Source of the DNA: a bacterium
GTDB taxonomy: Bacteria > Omnitrophota > Gorgyraeia > Zapsychrales > Zapsychraceae
DNA: 64,000 nucleotides
Assembly (NCBI GenBank): GCA_030429765.1
Contig: JAUIER010000001.1
Location: 129,302-193,301 of the forward strand
Direction of reading: 5' to 3'
The notes under the pieces were generated by a model. That model was given only the letters and a program-made list of their open reading frames with translations, had not been told where the DNA came from and searched no databases. Every line of letters starts with the position of its first letter. The stretch's first letter is position 1. The position numbers and the translations under genes are program-made. Of this stretch, positions 20,901 through 28,651 are shown one piece after another.

Positions 20901-21626
20901 GATGCGGAGTATGTCCTGGATATTGGCTACAAGAATTTGAAAATGTTAGAGCGGGCCTGGCATCATCGCCTGTTCTCGGATTCGGATGAAAAGAGCGTCA
21001 ACAGCACACCGGGACAGCTGGCGGTGATGCGGCAACCGTTTGCCGACATGGCCTTTGAGCGTGATTTTGAGCGTTTCCGGTCGATCGACGCTCCGTTTAT
21101 TCGTTATGCAGATCCGGACAAATTGCGTGACTCGTTTGAAAAATTATCGGCGTTGCGCGGACAGAGCTCGGATGTGTTTTCGATTGTTCCCACGGATAAG
21201 GATCTGCAGCAATTGAAATTGGTTCATGGCGGCCACATCGGGATCTACAACGGAAGCCGTTCCCAGCGGGCCTGGCGGGATATCCTCGCGATCTTTGAGC
21301 GGCAATGGAAGGATCAGGGGCGCAGCGGATTTAAGCTGCCGGAAGACGACGATCTGATTTTGGCCGTCGAGGACAAGGTGGTCTATTTTGACGAGGCCAT
21401 GCTAACAGAGCGGGATAGGCCGGCGGAGGTTTCCTCGGAAAAGGTAGGGGGGATCGACTTCAATTCAGATTTTATGCAGATGAATATCAGTCGCGAAGAC
21501 TCCGGTGTCATCATCCCGCGCTTCAACGGTCCCACACCGGCCATCGACTTCGATCATTTGTCACCTGTCATCCTCAATTTGACCGCTGCCGAAATGCCGC
21601 TCTCAAATCCGACAAATCGTCCATAG
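17904..21626 (+). CDS. Large modular protein B: export signal + conserved N domain + alpha/beta-hydrolase cargo (PHA depolymerase/synthase-like) + GGID C domain
   Basis: Paralogue of 5078..8686 at both ends. Cargo motifs LIITPHSGH, GLCHGG, LILAGAPV, EGAADDI, GGHIGIY. Confidence 0.85.
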   Translation: MDRKQGFISGLERLIGITLSVIFLMTSVAVPVTSGHDHELPKLGTLVNPTPAHRPMLFQGIEIHPNNPLKISFLFDPGEERDSSNFKDQADRLIRYFLAALTVPKSEMWVNLSPFEQNRIMSENLGATAMGQDLLAQDYLLKQLTSSLLHPDSEYGRKFWSKVHALVYEKYGSVDMPVDTYNKVWIVPESADVVEHETGARIRDGQLNVMLERDYIAMTRGQTTVSNVTEEQLESGHNIQQEALREIIIPAIKREVNEGQTFAPLRQMFHAMILATWYKRSLSRSLLGQQYADQNRVADLSSGTSNQTRQIYEQYVASYRRGVYNFVREDYHTSTDSTVTRQYFSGGISTDKLELKVAADRQRYVETDLAMVSVYLNDGSPFSQAMLSREDRLAESLRLRHESMGELKEAFGRFFPHIDFGSMGIFQGFVESFFIPWSEGYRQAERQIRDSLVAPYLSQIEAMGEVSSAMAFMNPMWGMQQQIWRPITEQARKMRKTIDYVKSIENETPESFSPGTTILRVPGLFYLTKIESLEGQTVNPDLPPALIITPHSGHDGRSLADYTNKDRTGSNSLAQTFKNRGYETYILVWESSRELLDIGDLQEAVHLSVRTIGQKVVIGGLCHGGAVGAHYMGVMPDNVAGLILAGAPVNTHVGDNDVTQAAQMDMSIYNWLQFGHGVPDVYPGLAQLHAFKHLGFNGGYDKRVTAWKRLVENIDDIDYVERDRIFRIWFENVNNIGYFVDWIDQVFKRNRFVFGDLTFRLGQKKFRSSPANFRPDVPIATIEGAADDITPPPTITIDEMAEVSDDPQGLWAFLTHGIVSRERLGDQELDGQPLFDYLSDNGYIDIRQTGDVNYGYVNQSRLVPALNEYAKKLNAFRFAVGDFQDRDDTAESVLPKIQLLIDAVAAQSGLPEFSATHYAEALRWLNADISLYGVLDRDELRNLDGQLVEAIESELSAPLDQLDNEQLTALNQTFEGIKLKRLIAMQVFPEAAPDTVRRADAEYVLDIGYKNLKMLERAWHHRLFSDSDEKSVNSTPGQLAVMRQPFADMAFERDFERFRSIDAPFIRYADPDKLRDSFEKLSALRGQSSDVFSIVPTDKDLQQLKLVHGGHIGIYNGSRSQRAWRDILAIFERQWKDQGRSGFKLPEDDDLILAVEDKVVYFDEAMLTERDRPAEVSSEKVGGIDFNSDFMQMNISREDSGVIIPRFNGPTPAIDFDHLSPVILNLTAAEMPLSNPTNRP

Positions 21627-21692
21627 CGTCGGGCTCAATTCGACAATCCTCATTTTATAGTTTATACTAGAAGTACGTTTAAAAATTCTAAA

Positions 21693-22295
21693 ATGAGGTT
21701 GCGTATGGAGCTGAGATCACAAATAGCGTTTGTCGTCATGATCGTTTGTGGTAGCTCTTTATCTCCGGCCGAAGCCAACCCGATTTCCAGACATTTTAAA
21801 TTTCCCTCCACCGCGGTAGTTCACAAACAATTCAATTTTCATGTCGTTGCGCCGGGCGTGTGGCGTTCGGGGGCCACGAACAAACGGACCATCAAACGCA
21901 TGCAGCAGCATGGTCTGAAGACGATTGTCAATTTTAAGCGCAATGAGTTTTATCACCGCAAAGAGCGCCGCACGGCGCAGAAATTGGGGATTCAGTACTA
22001 CCATTATCCGATGGATCCCAAAGCTGAGCCGAATGAACAAGTGCTTAACGAAATCCTAGATGTGATCAGCAATCCCGCCAACCAACCGGTGCTCATCCAC
22101 TGTCAATCCGGGAAAGACCGGACAGGATTGATCGCGGCGCTGTACAAACTCAAATATACCGATGTGGCATTTGAGGCCGCTTATCAGGAAATGCTGATGT
22201 ACGGCTACAATGAAAAGCGGTATCCGCAAATCGTTCGGACATTACGCTCCTGGGCTGAAAGTCGTATTGTTGAAACAGCCATGATTTTTGAGTAG
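21693..22295 (+). CDS. Protein-tyrosine/dual-specificity phosphatase family protein, probably exported
   Basis: P-loop VLIHCQSGKDRTG (HCx5R); VWRSG; N-terminal signal-like segment ending AEA. Confidence 0.85.
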   Translation: MRLRMELRSQIAFVVMIVCGSSLSPAEANPISRHFKFPSTAVVHKQFNFHVVAPGVWRSGATNKRTIKRMQQHGLKTIVNFKRNEFYHRKERRTAQKLGIQYYHYPMDPKAEPNEQVLNEILDVISNPANQPVLIHCQSGKDRTGLIAALYKLKYTDVAFEAAYQEMLMYGYNEKRYPQIVRTLRSWAESRIVETAMIFE

Positions 22296-22466
22296 ATTGC
22301 CCTCCAAATTCCGTATTTAAGGTCCAAAATTATCTCTCAACAGCGACGATCTCCCTATTCTATCCCAGTCCTGGACAGTCCAATTGTGTCATGTTGACGA
22401 AAAATGTATCTGATCCATAATGGATGTACTGACATCAATGCATAATACATCTACAGGAGAAGAACA

Positions 22467-22769
22467 TTGCGTACACAAGACAAACTATTCCGGATAAGGC
22501 TCAGAAACTTTGTATTTACGATGATTTTGTTCAGCAGTATTTTTTTATTTCCCGTGTATATGACCTACGCGCGTATGGTGTGCACGACATACAACGGCAC
22601 CCGAACATGCGAATCACAGGACAACCGAACATTGAAGTTTAAAATGCTCAAGTGTATGGACGAGGGCTATTCCCGTTCTGAATGTATTGAACGGGCCAAG
22701 TCGGAGGCCTTTGAGTTGTCCAAAAAACTTGAAGAGGTTGTCACGATTACCTTCGTTGAAGAAGAATAA
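22467..22769 (+). CDS. Small Cys-containing exported hypothetical protein
   Basis: SD AGGAG with TTG start; signal/TM segment; four Cys; followed by a terminator. Confidence 0.55.
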   Translation: MRTQDKLFRIRLRNFVFTMILFSSIFLFPVYMTYARMVCTTYNGTRTCESQDNRTLKFKMLKCMDEGYSRSECIERAKSEAFELSKKLEEVVTITFVEEE

Positions 22770-22797
22770 TCACGGGATTAGATCATACACAAAATTC

Positions 22798-22832
22798 AAA
22801 AGGCGTTTCACTTTGGTGAAGCGCCTTTTTTT
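22798..22832 (+). terminator. Intrinsic terminator, near-copy of 1719..1754
   Basis: AAAAGGCGTTTCAC-tttg-GTGAAGCGCC followed by a T-run. Confidence 0.85.
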
Positions 22833-22876
22833 GATTTAATTGTCCAATGCGGACCGATGGGGATATAATAGGGATC

Positions 22877-23674
22877 ATGAGAAGATTAGGATTTTTTTTA
22901 TTTTGTTTGTGTGTCGCGATGCCGGTCACGGCCGAGACTACCACCGAGCGCGAAGCATTTCTCAAGCATGATCACGTGCTATGGTTTGATGGGTTGGACG
23001 ACGTCGTCACCGTTGGTAAATTTAAACCTATTTATGAGAACTCGGTTGAGTTATGGGTCCGGCCGGAGATCGAAAAATCCGGATCTTTATTTGCAAATGG
23101 CGGGGGGCCAAGAGCGGTTTGTGGGTCCGGGGTTCATTTTGCCGTCGGAGGGAAAAAAAGTTGTTATGATGTAAATCCGGATAAGTGCGGTACGGATAAC
23201 AAGGTCTGCTATTTTGGTAATTTAGCGGGCGAATGGGTGCATATTGCGGGAACCTACAACGGGTACACGTCCAGTATTTATGTGAACGGCGAATTCGTAA
23301 ATGCTGTCGAGGGAGTTAAGTTTGACACCCGCGATTGGTTAACGATAGGAAATTTGCGCTTCTACAACGGACACAATCATCCCTTTGGCGGTCAAATACT
23401 GGAAATTCGTGTATGGGATTTCGCATTACCGGCGGAACGTCTGAAAAAAGATATGTACAAACGACCCGATCCGAAAAGTGATGGGCTGGTGGCCTATTGG
23501 CGATTTGATCAAGGGGAAGGTCAGACGATTCTGAATCAAGTGAATAACAAGTACGCCGCTGTTTTGGGTATGACCGCCGATCAGGAATTTATCGATCCGA
23601 CCTGGATCAAGGTCACAGATCCTGCTGTCGAGCAATCCCAATTTAATGCCGATAGCCAATACCTGGAGTATTGA
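22877..23674 (+). CDS. Secreted LamG/concanavalin-like domain protein
   Basis: Signal peptide; FDGLDD, SVELWVR, WVHIAGTY, IYVNG, EIRVWD, LVAYWRFD. Confidence 0.8.
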   Translation: MRRLGFFLFCLCVAMPVTAETTTEREAFLKHDHVLWFDGLDDVVTVGKFKPIYENSVELWVRPEIEKSGSLFANGGGPRAVCGSGVHFAVGGKKSCYDVNPDKCGTDNKVCYFGNLAGEWVHIAGTYNGYTSSIYVNGEFVNAVEGVKFDTRDWLTIGNLRFYNGHNHPFGGQILEIRVWDFALPAERLKKDMYKRPDPKSDGLVAYWRFDQGEGQTILNQVNNKYAAVLGMTADQEFIDPTWIKVTDPAVEQSQFNADSQYLEY

Positions 23675-23724
23675 GAACAGACTCCCAAAATAAAACACGT
23701 ATTACTTGGAATTAAAATTGATTT

Positions 23725-24666
23725 ATGGCAAAACGGGTTATTCAGGTCAAAAAACAAATACAGCGTGAGTCGTCGAACCAGACGCTCAGAATCCTGCGGC
23801 TGGCCTTTCGGGTGATTCCCCGCTGGATAATCTACCCGATCATGCATGTCCTATTTTTTATTGCCTCACACACCACTGAGAAGTTGCAGAGAATTTGCCG
23901 CAATAATCTGCGATTTGTGTATGGTTCGGCCAAGTCTGACGGGGAGTACAAACAGATGGGGAGGACCTGTCTGAAGAATATCGGCTACAGTATGCTCGAC
24001 CTGCTGTATTACGTTGAGCGTCCCCGGAAACTGGAAAAAAAAGTGGTGATGCATGGAGAAACTCATCTGCAGGATGTACTGGAGAACGGACGCGGGGCGC
24101 TCTGTATATCCGGACATCTCGGTAATTTTCCACTTTTATTCGTGGCGCTGATCTTACGGGGGTACAAGGTTAATGTGATTATCCGGCCGATGCGTAATCG
24201 AGGGTTCAGCCGCTTTATGTTCTCGCTTTGCGACGTGTGGGGGATCAATATGATTCAGACACAACCACGTAAAAATTTTCTGCGTGAAACCCTTCGCAGT
24301 CTTAAGCGCAATGAGTTGCTGTTCATTCTCTTTGACGAGATTCCAAATGATGAGGGTGTTGATGTCGAGTTTTTCGGCCAGACTGTTCAACGGGCGCGGG
24401 GACCGGTGATGTTTCACGAAAGGACCGGAGCGGCTATGGTGAATGTCTTTACGCACAAAGATACCCAGGGTATGTTTCACATCAATATCGAGCCGGCCAT
24501 CAAATCCGCTCTGGCTCCCGGCACAGCTGAATTTGAATCTGACATTATTCGTCAATTGACCCGATCGATTGAAGATCAGATCCGCCGTCATCCCGAACAA
24601 TGGGGCGGATGGTTCAACAAACGCTGGCAGACCCGCCAGGCAGATCCCGCCCAAGCTTCCCGATAA
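23725..24666 (+). CDS. Lipid A late acyltransferase (LpxL/HtrB)-like lysophospholipid acyltransferase
   Basis: GHLGNF, VEFFG, IRRHPEQW..FNKRW. Confidence 0.75.
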   Translation: MAKRVIQVKKQIQRESSNQTLRILRLAFRVIPRWIIYPIMHVLFFIASHTTEKLQRICRNNLRFVYGSAKSDGEYKQMGRTCLKNIGYSMLDLLYYVERPRKLEKKVVMHGETHLQDVLENGRGALCISGHLGNFPLLFVALILRGYKVNVIIRPMRNRGFSRFMFSLCDVWGINMIQTQPRKNFLRETLRSLKRNELLFILFDEIPNDEGVDVEFFGQTVQRARGPVMFHERTGAAMVNVFTHKDTQGMFHINIEPAIKSALAPGTAEFESDIIRQLTRSIEDQIRRHPEQWGGWFNKRWQTRQADPAQASR

Positions 24667-24841
24667 GAGTCCATTCAAAAATCTTGAGTCTTTATTGTAT
24701 TGCCCTGTAATCAATGCTAAGCTGTCATCAACTGCATTAAATTTCAGGCGCGTTTATCAATACTTGTGCACATCCGTGTTCCGACTGACTTGCGATAAGT
24801 CCTAGATCCAATCGAATTCTCTACCGAAATGGGAGGAAGTT

Positions 24842-27280
24842 ATGAAGAAATTATTGATGGCCATGTTGATTGTCGCCGTGAGTTCGACGACTGTCCTGGC
24901 TTCCAGTCACCGGGAGGCTCCGGAAATAACCAAGAGACCTCAGATTGACGGAACAGATTTTTATATGTTTCGCAGCTATGAGCCCGGTCGCGACAACTAC
25001 ATCACATTAATCGCGAACTATAATCCGCTGCAGGATCCCTACGGCGGTCCAAACTATTTTCCGCTGGATGAAGAGGCCGTATATGACATTCACATCAGCA
25101 ATGATGGCGATGCCAAGGAGGACATCACCTTCAGGTTTCGCTTTGATCAGGAATTCAAGAACATCGGATTGGATGTCGGTGACGGATCCGGCGCAATCAA
25201 CGTTCCAATTCCGCTGATGAACGCGGGAATCATCGGTCCGGATAATGAAAGCGCGCTGAATGTGGTTCGACAATACCAAGTCCAATATATCGAAGGCGAT
25301 TCGACGCGCGGCATTCACTACGAAGTCCGCCGAAGCAGTCAATTGCTGAAGAACGCGTTTGATCACGATACCGTGTTCAAGATGCCGTTCGATAATATCG
25401 GGAATAAATCAATTCCAGATTATGAAACTTACGCCAATTCTTTCATTCATGACGTGGAGATTCCGGAGTGCGGTATGCCCGGGCGCGTATTTGTTGGGCA
25501 ACGCAAGGAATCCTTCGCTGTCAATCTAGGCGAAATCTTTGATTTGGTTAATGTGTCCAATCCGTTAGGCGCAACGGATGCTGAAGAATCAGATACGGCG
25601 GACAAGAACATTACAACCATCGCGCTGGAAGTTCCCATCGCCTGTTTAACGCAGGACAGCGGTGAAGTCATCGCGGGATGGACCACGGCGAGCAAGCAGA
25701 AGATCCGGACGTTCCGGACATTGCCCCGCGATCTCGGGCTAGACCATGAATTGGGACCGTTGGTTCAGGTGTCCCGTTTGGGAAATCCGCTGGTCAATGA
25801 AGTCGTGATCGGGTTGCCGGATAAAGACAAGTTTAACGCCAGTCATCCGACGGAGGATGATCAGTTTGCCTACTATGTCACGCACCCGACGTTGCCGGAA
25901 CTGCTGGAAATTTTATTCGGGGATGCCGGTGTGCAGGCGCCTAATTTTTTCCCACGGGCTGATTTGGTTCAGATCTTTCTAACCGGAGTCTCCGGATTAA
26001 ATCAGGACGGCTCTTACGCCGAGATTATGCGATTGAATACAACCATTCCGCCGGTAGCGAAATCACAGCAGAATAGCCTGGGCGTGCTTGGCGGTGATAA
26101 TGCGGGATATCCCAATGGTCGACGACCTGGAGATGATGTTGTAGATATTTCGCTCCGGGCTGTGATGGGGGTGCTGTTGGATCCGATGGTGGCCCCGTCA
26201 AGCCAATTACCGTTTACGGACGGGACGGCTCAGTCGGCGGAGATGTTTGACGATACATTTCCGTACCTGCTGGCACCGATACCGGGATCGCCCAATGACA
26301 CGCCGCAGGCTGGAGGGCAGCAGGCGCAAAGTCCGGTTCAAGAGGAGGGCAATCAATCCGACGCCCCGTCGGCTCCAATCGTTGATGACGTCGAGGACGA
26401 TCTGATTGAGGATGAACAATCCGACGATGAATTAGTCGAAGAAGATTCCGCGATCGAGGAAGAAGATGCGGAAGACAATTCGGCTGACGATACATCGGAA
26501 GCCACCGAGGAAGAGTCTGAAGGTTCTGAGCAAAATTCAGAGGAAGACGAGGAATCAGAGGGTACATCCGATGAAGATGTCCTGCTGAGCGATGATGCAG
26601 AGGAATCGGTGGACGAGGAAGACGTGACGGAGGAGTCATCGGAAGATCAAGCGGAGGAAACGGATTCTGAAGACGTCACGGACGAATCGGATGGGATGAC
26701 TGCCCCGACGCAAGAGGATGAGCCTGTTGAGGGTGGCGACGATCAACCCGATTCTATCCTGGTTTCAGATGATTCGGAAGAATTAGAGGAATCTGAAGAG
26801 GAAATTAACCCGGTTCAAGGAGAGGAAGATGCTTCAAATGATGATGACGGTTCATTCGATTCTGGAGCGGCGGATCAGCCTGATTTGGAGTTGGATGACG
26901 AAGAAGTCACCGAAGAATCAAATGAAGAAGGTCTAATCGATGAACAGTCCGATGAAGAGCAGGCCGAATCCGGTGAAGAATCCTCAGATGACGAAAATCA
27001 AGCAGGATCGGATGATGAATCCATCGAGTTAGAGTCGGAAAGCGAAGAAGATCTGTCTGAAGGCGAGGAACTCGAGCCGACAGATGAAGTCCTGGATAGC
27101 GGAAACACCGAGCCGGTGCAGCCATCGTCGGGTTCCGTATTGGTCTCCGACGATAACAGTGAATCTGAGGAAGAGCAAATGGAATCAGATGAGCCGCTGG
27201 ATACGGGTTCTCCTGAAGGCGAGGACGATGTCTCGGTGCCTGGATCGATTCTTGTTCCAGATGCTCCATTCGATGAATAA
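24842..27280 (+). CDS. DUF4331-like secreted protein with a ~330-aa Asp/Glu-rich tail
   Basis: ASSHREAP, DGTDFYMFRS, QVSRLGNPLVNE, GYPNGRRPGDDVVD, FPYL; the C-terminal tail is low-complexity and acidic. Confidence 0.8.
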   Translation: MKKLLMAMLIVAVSSTTVLASSHREAPEITKRPQIDGTDFYMFRSYEPGRDNYITLIANYNPLQDPYGGPNYFPLDEEAVYDIHISNDGDAKEDITFRFRFDQEFKNIGLDVGDGSGAINVPIPLMNAGIIGPDNESALNVVRQYQVQYIEGDSTRGIHYEVRRSSQLLKNAFDHDTVFKMPFDNIGNKSIPDYETYANSFIHDVEIPECGMPGRVFVGQRKESFAVNLGEIFDLVNVSNPLGATDAEESDTADKNITTIALEVPIACLTQDSGEVIAGWTTASKQKIRTFRTLPRDLGLDHELGPLVQVSRLGNPLVNEVVIGLPDKDKFNASHPTEDDQFAYYVTHPTLPELLEILFGDAGVQAPNFFPRADLVQIFLTGVSGLNQDGSYAEIMRLNTTIPPVAKSQQNSLGVLGGDNAGYPNGRRPGDDVVDISLRAVMGVLLDPMVAPSSQLPFTDGTAQSAEMFDDTFPYLLAPIPGSPNDTPQAGGQQAQSPVQEEGNQSDAPSAPIVDDVEDDLIEDEQSDDELVEEDSAIEEEDAEDNSADDTSEATEEESEGSEQNSEEDEESEGTSDEDVLLSDDAEESVDEEDVTEESSEDQAEETDSEDVTDESDGMTAPTQEDEPVEGGDDQPDSILVSDDSEELEESEEEINPVQGEEDASNDDDGSFDSGAADQPDLELDDEEVTEESNEEGLIDEQSDEEQAESGEESSDDENQAGSDDESIELESESEEDLSEGEELEPTDEVLDSGNTEPVQPSSGSVLVSDDNSESEEEQMESDEPLDTGSPEGEDDVSVPGSILVPDAPFDE

Positions 27281-27303
27281 TCAGTCTTAAGCTGTACAAT
27301 TTG

Positions 27304-27341
27304 AACGGCAGACGGATACGCGTATCTGTCTGCCGTTTTTT
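27304..27341 (+). terminator. Intrinsic terminator
   Basis: AACGGCAGACGGATAC-gc-GTATCTGTCTGCCGTT followed by a T-run. Confidence 0.85.
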
Positions 27342-27343
27342 CG

Positions 27344-28150
27344 TTGATGGCCATGTATAAGTTTTTATCTCAATTTCCGATTTTATGTCTGGTCTTGACC
27401 TGGACGACCGCGGCGCAGGCACATGATTTTTGGGTTCAACCCGAGTCTTATCATCCGGCCCAGACGTCACGTCTCAAGGTTACAGCGTATGTGGGAGAAT
27501 CTTTTCGGGGAGAAGCCCTGGCCCGGGATCCATCCCATATTGATGCATTCCGTCTGCATTGTGCTGATCATACGTCCGATATCGTCGGCTTGGACGGACA
27601 GGTTCCCACCGGATACGTCGCATTATCGCAGCCAGGGCTGTGCGCTCTTCAATATGTAAGCCGTCCGGTCTATCATGAGATGTCCTACTCACAGTTCGTG
27701 CGCTATCTCGACGAAGTTAATCAATTGGATCTGCTCGATACAGACAGTTTTGTCGTCGAGGATCAAACCGTCAGTGAAATTTTTATTCGTTGCGCCAAGT
27801 CTATCATCCATGTGGGTGAGGTAAGCGGCCCACAGGACCGGCCTGTTGAGGTCGGGATGCCTCTGGAATTGACGTGGGTGGCTCCGCCGGAAACGACGCA
27901 ATCCATGTCCGGTTATCGGGTTCAATTAAAGTATCAAAACACGCCCCTGGCGGGGATAATGGTCAAAGCGAGGGGGCGGTCGAACCCTGAGGAAGTCTTG
28001 CAGAGTCAAACGGACAAGGATGGTTTGGCTGTGTTTGAATTGGGCTCTTCGGATGAATGGATTTTTACAGCGGTGTACATCACACCGTCGAGCGATTATC
28101 AAATCAGCGATTGGATTAGCTATTGGGCGTCGCTCACGCTAAAAAATTGA
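27344..28150 (+). CDS. DUF4198-like periplasmic protein
   Basis: AHDFWVQP after the signal peptide; AKSII, GMPLEL, TDKDG, SYWASLT. Confidence 0.8.
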   Translation: MMAMYKFLSQFPILCLVLTWTTAAQAHDFWVQPESYHPAQTSRLKVTAYVGESFRGEALARDPSHIDAFRLHCADHTSDIVGLDGQVPTGYVALSQPGLCALQYVSRPVYHEMSYSQFVRYLDEVNQLDLLDTDSFVVEDQTVSEIFIRCAKSIIHVGEVSGPQDRPVEVGMPLELTWVAPPETTQSMSGYRVQLKYQNTPLAGIMVKARGRSNPEEVLQSQTDKDGLAVFELGSSDEWIFTAVYITPSSDYQISDWISYWASLTLKN

Positions 28151-28258
28151 CCGGTGCATATAGAAGTAGGCTTACGTGTAAATGACAATTTGTTCGGCGA
28201 ACGGTTCAAAATATTTCTTGTTTTTCGCCGGCAATGTTGTACACTTTACCTAGATGTT

Positions 28259-28410
28259 TCGGGAGTAAAGGTAAACCATTCGTAAGGGTGGGGCCCCTGA
28301 TATTCAGGGATTTGCGGTTTTCTCACACAGTTCACATCCATGTGAACGCTGAACCGTAGATACAAAACTAAAGGGTCCAGCAGCGAGCTGGATAGCCAGT
28401 TGCCTCTTGA
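28259..28410 (+). ncRNA. c-di-GMP-I (GEMM) riboswitch aptamer with an internal structured insertion
   Basis: GGTAAA-CCATTC-GTAA-GGGTGG ... GATACAAAACTAAAGGGTCCAGC...GCTGGATAGCCAGTTGCC; P1 TCGGGAG/CTCTTGA; matches the GEMM layout except for ~67 inserted nt. Confidence 0.75.
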
Positions 28411-28426
28411 GCAGCATCAGCAGATG

Positions 28427-28459
28427 CCTGTTCCACTTATTGATGGGGCAGGTTTTTTT
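28427..28459 (+). terminator. Terminator, putative riboswitch expression platform
   Basis: CCTGTTCCA-loop-TGGGGCAGG + T7, between the aptamer and the CDS. Confidence 0.75.
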
Positions 28460-28651
28460 GTGCCTGCCGATTCAATTCAATATCTTTTCTGGAGTGATTC
28501 AACTCAAAATTCAAGGGGAAAACAGCACGTGACGTGTTGTTGCAGGGTGTTCAGGGAGTTTTTTCAATTTTGCGATCAAGGGGAACCCGTCGTTGTGCAG
28601 GACTGTCGGGGAGTGAAAATTTAGCGTACTACGACCAAATAGGAGAGTCAG

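Noticed and set aside
20280-21158. Intein explaining the insertion in the hydrolase cargo
   Set aside because: No Cys/Ser start with His-Asn end and no LAGLIDADG-like blocks
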